From Octopus vulgaris (Eukaryota), in the NCBI GenBank assembly GCA_951406725.2, contig CATOCA020000089.1, positions 1-6,568 of the forward strand: a DNA stretch of 6,568 bases, given 5' to 3'. This document shows positions 1 through 6,568 of the stretch, piece by piece; within the stretch, counting starts at the first letter, position 1; each line of letters begins with the position of its first letter. A model generated the notes under the pieces. The model saw only the letters and a list, made by a program, of their open reading frames with translations, did no database searches and was not told the DNA's origin. Made by a program: the position numbers and the translations under genes.

Positions 1-87
1 CAAAGAATGAAACAGTCATCTAGATATCTCTTCCAGTTGTTTTCTATGTAAGTGGAGAAAGGGCTGCCATATCTTTCTAGAACCTTA

Positions 88-129
<42 letters not shown>

Positions 130-210
130 CTATATATATATATATTCGTATATACCGTCATATAGTCCCGTATTTTTGTCGGTAGCCAAGTTGTATATGA
201 AGGCGAAGAA
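1..210 (-). mobile_element. Penelope-like element (PLE) reverse transcriptase fragment, interrupted by (TA)n and running off the left edge of the window
   Basis: Minus strand 89..3 translates without stops as [29 protein letters not shown], with the YLDD catalytic motif at 26..15. The WxRY(L/I)DDxF context is typical of PLE RTs. Upstream of the TA tract, minus ~185..158 reads YRQKYGTI*, matching the PLE RT motif YxQxxGxAMG in the expected order. Confidence 0.85.
90..145. repeat. (TA)n microsatellite inside the PLE RT fragment
   Basis: Direct reading: a TA run with one GAC interruption. Confidence 0.95.
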
Positions 211-488
<278 letters not shown>

Positions 489-719
489 GTAAATATAATA
501 TAAAAAAATATTTGAACGACGATATAACATATATATATTTTCGACATTTGTTGAAGTGGTATATATATAATTATTATTTATATTTTCATCAGGAATATTA
601 CAACATCATTTTATGCACAAAAAACTTTTAGATGACTGCTCACACGGAGCCCATTATATAATAATGTCTCTTTAAAAAATATCTTTTATATAAGGTATTG
701 TCAAAATGGTTGGATGTAG

Positions 720-878
720 AAGAATCTAGAAGCGGAATTTTATAATACCGCCGTGTCAAAAGCTGGTTATAGGGATAAGGTATCATATATCGACCCGGCC
801 CAGTCTAAACTAATATTTGCCTATCAGGATAAGACTAATAACAATAGAAATAATGTAATTATTTTCAACCTAGCAACG
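720..878 (+). mobile_element. Second Penelope-like element fragment (RT thumb/linker region, possibly Naiad-type)
   Basis: The plus frame from 720 reads KNLEAEFYNTAVSKAGYRDKVSYIDPAQSKLIFAYQDKTNNNRNNVIIFNLAT. This resembles the PLE post-RT segment YxxALxxSGYxxxLxY...RNIIWFNPP. The assignment is from recalled motifs, not a search. Confidence 0.6.
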
Positions 879-879
<1 letters not shown>

Positions 880-921
<42 letters not shown>

Positions 922-951
922 TATATATTACATATATATATATATATATAT
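880..951. repeat. (TA)n microsatellite
   Basis: Direct reading. Confidence 0.95.
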
Positions 952-1002
952 GATTGATTGATTGATGTAGTTCAGCTCACGAGCTGTGGCCATGCTGGGG
1001 CA
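951..1002 (-). mobile_element. 3' tail fragment of a SINE-like retroposon ending in (ATCA)n
   Basis: The minus strand reads TGCCCCAGCATGGCCACAGCTCGTGAGCTGAACTAC followed by (ATCA)4, with a CAGCTC/GAGCTG hairpin. It aligns with 5419-5459 in this window and, from recall, resembles an abundant Octopus SINE tail. Confidence 0.65.
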
Positions 1003-1049
1003 AACGTCTTTCTTACTGTTTATGTTGTACTTGTAATTTGAAGTTTTAA

Positions 1050-1975
1050 CAGATGCAGAATCTTATAACGCAGACCGTGTCATGTAGAGTTGGGCAATAC
1101 GGAATATATCTACAGAACTGATCCGTTGATTTAAAGACACCTGTAAAAGAAGGTCCCTCAGGCTCTGGATAGAAACAGTGGGCGCATATTGGGAGCAACT
1201 AATTATTAAAATATCAACTCTATAGCATTTGATGGCAAATTTGGAGCATCCTTTATGCAAATATGTTATTCTTTGTGCATTTTGCGGACTCTGTCAAAGT
1301 TTGACAAAACCAGATCGGTGCATATATATTATGCAAAATAGAATTCAATAATAGAAATAGCATATATATTATATGGAAGAGAGCTATCTTTTTCGTGTCA
1401 ATGATAATAGTTGCATAGATTTGACACGATTGACCAATCGAAGGGAGAGGCTTAGGACAAGTGTCTTACAGAGGACCATCATGGTTTCTGTTCTCTTGTT
1501 CTAAAGGTTCAGAATCCAGCCAGCCAGCCGTCTACATTTCATTGCCAGTTTAGCAACATGTACATGAAAGGTCGCGTCATCACTCATGTAAATACCACAG
1601 GTCTTCTATACTATTTGTGCCTCTGATTGCAATTCCATCCAGTGTCTTCTGGTATCACAGTGTCTGATAGCATACAGAGCTTGACACTTTCTATCTATCT
1701 AGCTATTAACTGCATCTATTCTATTTCCAAGCACTTGTATATTTAACTCTATTACTTTCAGGGTTCTGTATTGCCTGTGAAACTTTTTATCATCTGCATA
1801 ACTTGTGATCGTGGCTCTCTGCGTGGCTGAGGGCATGTTTGAGAGGGCCATTTATGCCCATAACACCGTATATTTGCGTGTTAATGGAAGTGGCCATGGC
1901 TACTACCACCTGACTTCTATTTCAAAGTCAAAGCCATTCTCCCAATTTATCCTATGCCAAGATTGTCACATAGTT

Positions 1976-1979
<4 letters not shown>
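1050..1979 (-). mobile_element. Decayed 3' part of a CR1/L2-group LINE ORF2 (reverse transcriptase and C-terminal domain), with many frameshifts
   Basis: Minus-strand motif blocks occur in canonical order: KLGEWL..RSQVVVA (~1950-1900); MALSNMPSATQRATITSYADDK (YADD at 1800..1789); DL/GIYMSDDATFHVHVAKLAMKCRRLAGWIL (1596..1510); ETMMVLCKTLVLS (~1490-1450); TKKIA (~1397-1383); QSLRDL and GVFKSTDQF..IP..PT (~1167-1088). These match RT domains 4-7 and the C-terminal region of CR1/L2-like LINEs. The boundaries are approximate. Confidence 0.88.
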
Positions 1980-1980
<1 letters not shown>

Positions 1981-2034
<54 letters not shown>

Positions 2035-2058
2035 CTTCACATATATATATATATATAC
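1981..2058. repeat. (TA)n microsatellite at the 5'-truncated end of the LINE
   Basis: Direct reading. Confidence 0.95.
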
Positions 2059-2187
2059 AGACAGTATAAGAAAGACGTAAACAGTGTATTGTTGTATAAC
2101 CATGTTATTGCAGATAAATTCTTACGAAAACTTGACATGTTCACGTGTCAGGCAGTCATTTTCTCTTAATAGAAGGTGATACTAGTT

Positions 2188-2235
2188 CCTTCTACTATCT
2201 TCTTCCTCCTTCTGTCTTCCTTGCTCCTCCTCCTT
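2188..2235. repeat. Pyrimidine-rich (CTT/CCT) low-complexity tract, possibly the purine-rich tail of the adjacent minus-strand SINE
   Basis: The sequence is cttctactatcttcttcctccttctgtcttccttgctcctcctcctt. Confidence 0.6.
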
Positions 2236-2239
2236 AGAT

Positions 2240-2480
2240 CACGGATATTTTAATTCCGTACATTTGAGCATTTGCCAGTACGTAGGGATCCTCTCTTGAC
2301 TAGGGGGACATACTTCACCGACACCAGTAGCTGAGTTTGTTTTCATTTCATCTATAGCCAGTTGAAAGATTGGTGAGTGTGAAATGCGTACAAGGGTGGG
2401 AGCCCGCTCAATAAACACTGAATTGCTCATTCAGTATTTCACTTACCCTCATTGGAACCTACGACCGCGAGTCCGCCATC
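2240..2480 (-). mobile_element. Degenerate tRNA-derived SINE (head near 2480)
   Basis: The minus strand has GCGGACTCGCGGTCGTAGG (2476..2458) and AGTGTTTATTGAGCG (2419..2405), which match my recollection of an Octopus tRNA-related SINE head. The region is GC-richer than its flanks. The left boundary is uncertain. Confidence 0.55.
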
Positions 2481-2774
2481 CTTTTCAATGATATGATAAT
2501 ATTGCACCGTAGCTGTTTCTTTGGCATACTCTATATATGTTGTCTATAGCATATATTTATATTATATTTACTATATTATATAGCATATATATATTTTCAA
2601 TATATATATTACGGGACTTTTCATTTATATATTTTGTTTGGAGATTATATATACGCCGTTTATAAAATTTTCCTACATTTTTCTTGTGTAATACCTTTCT
2701 TTCATATGTCATTATATATATTTATAATATATACATCATTATATTTCAGTAGTTTTGTTTCCAGTTTGTGTCCA

Positions 2775-2900
2775 GTATATATGATACTTTATATGATATA
2801 TATACATATATGGAAAGATATGTGTATATATATATATATATACAGATATACATGTTTCCTTTGATACATGGTCAGGTATACCATGTTATGATCCGAGATA

Positions 2901-2978
<78 letters not shown>

Positions 2979-3010
2979 GTAATCCATATATATATATATA
3001 TATATATATA
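2775..3010. repeat. Interrupted (TA)n microsatellite cluster
   Basis: Degenerate TA at 2775-2852 and a purer TA tract at 2898-3010. Confidence 0.9.
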
Positions 3011-3099
3011 GTTTTTGTAAATTTTAATTTTTATTCGTATTTTTTATTTTTTATTTTGTATTTTGTAGTTTTTGAATTTTTTATTTGAATTAAATTATG

Positions 3100-3610
3100 G
3101 CTTGAATGTAATTTTTCAAAATTGGTATTTAGACAGTGTGTTCTATATAGGGACCCAATACAGGTATAAACCTGAACTTGTAATCTGGATAGAGTAACTG
3201 CAGATTTCTCAATAGTTCAGCATAGGTGTTTTTCACTGATCTTCAGCTTTATGTTAACATCTGCTATAATTTCCACAACTGAGTACATTTTTCTTTCTCT
3301 TTCAAGTCATTATATCAGATACTTACATTTTATTGAGGTCTTCACTGGTACATTCCTCCAGTATTCCTTTTATTATGAGTGGTTATGGCTTCTACCATAT
3401 TGTTCTTATTGTCCTCGGGATTATCCTTCCGACGGATTTCATTATAGAGTGTCCTAGGTATCATGTCTCATCGAACAGTGACATTTGAGAACTGCTTATG
3501 ATGTGGGTCCAGCTAACCAAAGTCTTTCCAAGTTGGCTTTTCTGCATCTCTATCTTTTGTGCATAGATTGTTGATAGTTCTTTCAAACGTACTTCAGTGG
3601 GGGTGACCTT
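3100..3610 (-). mobile_element. C-terminal restriction-like endonuclease (RLE) region of an R4/Dong-type (R2-group) non-LTR retrotransposon, frameshifted
   Basis: Minus-strand blocks in order: KDRDAEK; THIISS.QMS (decayed CCHC knuckle); MRHD (3471..3460); RTLYNEIRRKDNPEDNKNNMVEAITTHNK; EYWRNVPVKTSIKCK; SDIM (PD position, ~3319..3308); VVEI; ADVNIKLKISEK; YAELLRNLQLLYPDYKFRFIPV (3224..3159); IG.L; THCLNTNFEKL. The RHD...PD...E...K.xY layout defines RLE domains. Confidence 0.88.
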
Positions 3611-3671
3611 GCATGTACTGTTTTATATATGTCTTTATCCTTGTATGTATGCTGTATCTATATGTATATGT

Positions 3672-3860
3672 GCGGACATTCGGTAGCGTAAGGCAATTCA
3701 TCGGCGCGTTTTCTTTGACCACTGTATTCTTGTATCCACCAGTGGTGAGGAGCTTATTTCAAAGCCAGTTGTCACACTCTGTGTCAGGGAATCTCTCTGG
3801 CTACTTTGCGGCTGCTGTGGAGCAGCCACTTGCACTTACTTAACGGGTTTCCGTTGACTT
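3672..3860 (+). mobile_element. Degenerate SINE body (Octopus-type, by recall)
   Basis: The 3755-3857 segment TATTTCAAAG-CCAG-TTGTCACACTCTGTGTCA..GAATCTC..CTAC..CTGTGGAG-CAGCCACTTGCAC..TTCCGTTGA follows a recalled cephalopod SINE core with small deletions. It is followed by an (ATGT)n tract. The 5' boundary is uncertain. Confidence 0.6.
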
Positions 3861-3879
3861 CTTAGCGTCTGCACATCTC

Positions 3880-3937
3880 ATGTATGTATGTATGTATGTA
3901 TATATATATGTATGTATGTTTATATATATATATGTAT
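3880..3937. repeat. (ATGT)n/(TA)n compound microsatellite
   Basis: Direct reading. Confidence 0.9.
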
Positions 3938-3960
3938 AAGTCTTATTTTAATTATTTGAA

Positions 3961-4003
3961 AGCTTCTACAGGAAAGACATTCAAGAGAAATCTTCAGGAA
4001 GCT
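3961..4003 (-). ncRNA. Candidate degenerate type I hammerhead ribozyme (PLE-associated type), probably inactive
   Basis: The minus strand reads AGCTTC-CTGAAGA-tttctcttgaatgtctttcct-GTA-GAAGCT. A perfect 6-bp stem I flanks the CUGANGA box and a GUA triplet, but the GAAA box and stem II are not intact. Confidence 0.35.
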
Positions 4004-4555
4004 AGATAACAAGAATTATTACATTTATACATTTAGAAGGTATATATACTGTCATATGCAGAGTCACTTATCGTAAGCATTAACCTGACGTAAAAAAAAT
4101 ATAAATAATGTATTTCTATAGAAAAAATAAATATATATTGTATAAATGTGGAATTGCAATACATAAACAGATAAAATAAGCGTTGTCATAGTATCTTCTC
4201 ACTTATTTTCTACATTCACATACTGACCTATGACGTTAAATACTTTTTCTTGTAAACAACAACATAGTCTGTTATTTTCGTTTATTGAAAGTTCCACTAA
4301 TATTATATAGACGCTTGTAAGTTAGTAATTACACACATAGTAATATACCAGGTCTTTTTATACACCATTGTATTTCTTACGATATATGTGCACTATATAT
4401 ACGTAATTTACAGCTTTCGCATTTGTGATATATATACAGAAATATGGCATAATCATATATTATTCTACATCCTATTTCCTTTGTTTATAATATTTCTGTA
4501 CAACTCTGTCTTTAATGCAAATAAACCTTAAGTGTGTATTGTATTATGTGTGTTT

Positions 4556-4576
4556 TGTGTGTGTGTGTGTGTGTGT
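4556..4576. repeat. (TG)n microsatellite
   Basis: Direct reading. Confidence 0.9.
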
Positions 4577-4634
4577 ATAAGTTTTTCCCATTGTCTGTCA
4601 CTAGAAAGCCATTCTCACCACGTTGACACACCCT

Positions 4635-4985
4635 ATGTATGTATGTATGTTTATGTATTTGTATGTATAACATGTTAATTTCCTTTAAATCCATCACAAA
4701 TTTCAAGATATAAAAGAAATTGTAATGTGTAGGTGCGTGTGTACACTTTGGTAGTGATACAATGTACCAAGAAATTGTGCAATATATATATGTATTTTAT
4801 TGTTTTGTGTATATATGTATGTAAAATGTAACAAAGATATATGTGTTGTATGTATGTGTATATATGTATGTATATATATTATGTATTGTGTGTGGTATGA
4901 GTATATCATATGTGTGTAAGAATTGTGTGTGTTACAGCTACATATGCATAAATATATTACATAATAAATTATTATGCATGTATGT
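4635..4985. repeat. Degenerate TG/TA/TATG low-complexity region
   Basis: Scattered gtat/gtgt/atat units. It explains the His/Thr/Ile/Tyr-rich ORFs 4512..4706 and 4703..4909. Confidence 0.7.
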
Positions 4986-5159
4986 ACGATCTATATTGTC
5001 GTAATCGTGTATGTGTTTACGCATCCCTGTATGAATTACATCTCCACATTTACTACATCTTTTTACATTGTGTTGATTTCACTGTTCATTAATGAGAATC
5101 AACACAACTTGTCATTTAAAAGATATAGTAGCATTTGAAAAAATCTGCAACCCTTATGC

Positions 5160-5246
5160 ACATTTACATACTGTATACATACATACATACATGAATATAC
5201 ACATACATATATACATACATATATACATATTTACAACATACATACA

Positions 5247-5297
<51 letters not shown>

Positions 5298-5345
5298 TAT
5301 ATATATACATATATACATACATTTATACACATATACACATATATA

Positions 5346-5397
<52 letters not shown>
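5160..5397. repeat. (TACA)n/(TA)n compound microsatellite
   Basis: Direct reading. It explains ORF 5092..5442. Confidence 0.93.
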
Positions 5398-5398
<1 letters not shown>

Positions 5399-5418
5399 TA
5401 TTCATATTCTTTCATGTT

Positions 5419-5459
5419 CTTTTACTTGTTTCACTCATTTGACTGCAGCCATACTGGAG
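5419..5459 (-). mobile_element. SINE 3' tail fragment related to 951-1002
   Basis: The plus strand CTTTTACTTGTTTCACTCATTTGACTGCAGCCATACTGGAG closely follows the recalled Octopus repeat TTTACTTGTTTCAGTCATTTGACTGCGGCCATGCTGGAG. It also aligns with 971-1000 in this window. Confidence 0.7.
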
Positions 5460-5529
5460 TGATATATACATACATTTACATATACAACATATACCCATGT
5501 AGCCTATTTGTGTTATTTAACTCTCACAC

Positions 5530-5705
5530 TCTCTATAACATGACAACAGTTATTTCGATTTTCTCTTCTACATCTTTTCTAATTCCTATTTTATATTTCA
5601 AGTAAACTAAACTAAAATAAATATTTCCACTCCGTTCTGTCACATTAATCGCTTTTCCAATCTATTCATTTAATCTTTCATGTCCCACTTCACACCTCAC
5701 ACTAT
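5530..5705 (-). mobile_element. Possible highly decayed RTE-clade LINE C-terminal fragment
   Basis: The minus strand gives G(V)KWDMKD*MNRLEK (5696..5652), KIGIR (5592..5578) and CHV (~5545-5537). These loosely follow the RTE order GSETW...MRRLER...KLGIR...WYGHV. The match is weak. Confidence 0.3.
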
Positions 5706-5950
5706 GCCACCTTCTTACTGATGACATCTGATTTATTTTACTGAAAATTACATTCGTCCATAATTGCAGCTCATATCACGTGTTACGATGAAGAATTAAA
5801 CCTGCTAATACATCTTGTAATGTTTAAAGTATGCTTCGCAAAATTAATAGGAATGTCAGTGAAAAATTGGAAAAGTAATGCAAGACACAAATAGACACAC
5901 ACATATAATGCATATATTAATTAATATTGTGAATTTCTGTCTGTCACTTT

Positions 5951-5972
5951 CTCTCTCTCTCTCTCTCTCTCT
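5951..5972. repeat. (CT)11 microsatellite
   Basis: Direct reading. Confidence 0.95.
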
Positions 5973-6135
5973 GTACACACACAATAAATATATACACTAT
6001 GTATAAATTGTTTGAAATACAGATTTATATATTAAGGAAAAGGAAAATTTTGGAAAATTATTTATTAGCGTTTTCATCTCGTTCGTTTTCGAACCTCATA
6101 TAAATCTAGAAGGAATATTCTTTTGTTATCTACAT

Positions 6136-6137
<2 letters not shown>

Positions 6138-6211
<74 letters not shown>

Positions 6212-6247
6212 TAGATAGATAGATAGATAGACAGATAGATATAGATA
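6138..6247. repeat. Compound microsatellite (TG)n-(TA)n-(GATA)n
   Basis: TG at 6138-6170, TA at ~6175-6209 and GATA at 6210-6247. It explains ORF 6074..6259. Confidence 0.95.
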
Positions 6248-6251
6248 AATA

Positions 6252-6435
6252 CAGTACATTTAAACTAAGAGATGGTCTTATATATCTGACTTAGAGAAGT
6301 TAAACTACAAACCACTAATAGCTGTAATTTTGAAAGGGAATGAAAATAAAAACAATTTAACTATTAGTGGTTTGTGTTTAACTACTTAGCGATTTATGTT
6401 CTGTTAAGGCCGTCTTTATGTGTTTAAATGTACAC
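6252..6435. mobile_element. MITE/foldback-like element with long imperfect terminal inverted repeats and flanking TA dinucleotides
   Basis: GTACATTTAAAC (6254-6265) pairs perfectly with GTTTAAATGTAC (6422-6433). TAAGAGATGGTCTTA pairs imperfectly with TAAGGCCGTCTTTA. AGTTAAAC(T)ACAAACCACTAATAG (6298-6321) pairs with CTATTAGTGGTTTGTGTTTAACT (6361-6383). The spacer is 39 nt, and TA lies at 6250-6251 and 6436-6437. Confidence 0.7.
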
Positions 6436-6524
6436 TATTTTTATATGTATATATTATCTATTATATTTTTTTCTTGTGTAGACCACTTGTCAAAGAATTT
6501 TTCAAATTTTGCTACCCTAAGATT

Positions 6525-6527
<3 letters not shown>

Positions 6528-6568
<41 letters not shown>
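6528..6568. repeat. (TA)n microsatellite running off the right edge
   Basis: Direct reading. Confidence 0.95.

Noticed and set aside
1063-1260. 65-aa minus-strand ORF as a gene
   Set aside because: It lies within the decayed LINE, and only QSLRDL is in the ancestral frame.
1292-1306. Palindrome TGTCAAA-G-TTTGACA as a regulatory site
   Set aside because: It is short, sits inside LINE-derived sequence, and has no supporting context.
1805-2169. Plus-strand ORFs 1805..2080 and 1954..2169
   Set aside because: They are the antisense of the LINE RT plus TA-repeat read-through.
2188-2260. Polypyrimidine tract ending in TAG (2235-2237) as a plus-strand splice acceptor
   Set aside because: There is no recognisable downstream coding exon. 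It is better explained as low-complexity or SINE tail sequence.
2239-2430. 63-aa minus-strand ORF
   Set aside because: It overlaps SINE-like sequence and has no recognisable motif.
2634-3088. Hydrophobic ORFs 2634..2864 and 2768..3088 as membrane proteins
   Set aside because: The F/I/Y bias is a by-product of T-rich and TA-repeat DNA.
3810-3827. Hairpin GGCTGCT-GTGG-AGCAGCC as a terminator or structured RNA
   Set aside because: The context is eukaryotic, there is no U-tract, and it lies within a decayed SINE. It is probably incidental.
3251-3843. Plus-strand ORFs 3251..3457 and 3613..3843
   Set aside because: The first is the antisense of the RLE element, and the second is a chance frame through a SINE.
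5718-5746. CTGATGA...GAAA on the plus strand as a hammerhead
   Set aside because: Stem II cannot close (C opposite T), and I see no flanking stem I or III.

Overview
Very AT-rich, microsatellite-dense eukaryotic non-coding DNA (intergenic or intronic). I find no intact protein-coding gene. Most supplied ORFs are YI/HT-repeat translations of (TA)n/(CA)n tracts, and the rest are off-frame reads of repeat fragments or unsupported. Between the microsatellites lie decayed mobile elements, identified by manual translation: a Penelope-like (PLE) RT fragment ([11 protein letters not shown], minus), a second PLE fragment (plus), about 0.93 kb of the 3' end of a CR1/L2-group LINE ORF2 (YADD, minus), an R4/Dong-type restriction-like endonuclease fragment (minus), several SINE pieces, a possible RTE remnant and a ~184-bp palindromic MITE-like element flanked by TA. 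From recall, the SINE pieces resemble abundant Octopus repeats, so an octopod genome is my inference, not checked. I see no convincing new biological system. The best second-look items are a degenerate hammerhead-ribozyme-like motif (3961-4003), the MITE hairpin, the association of several retroelement classes with (TA)n, and a deletion-dominated decay pattern.
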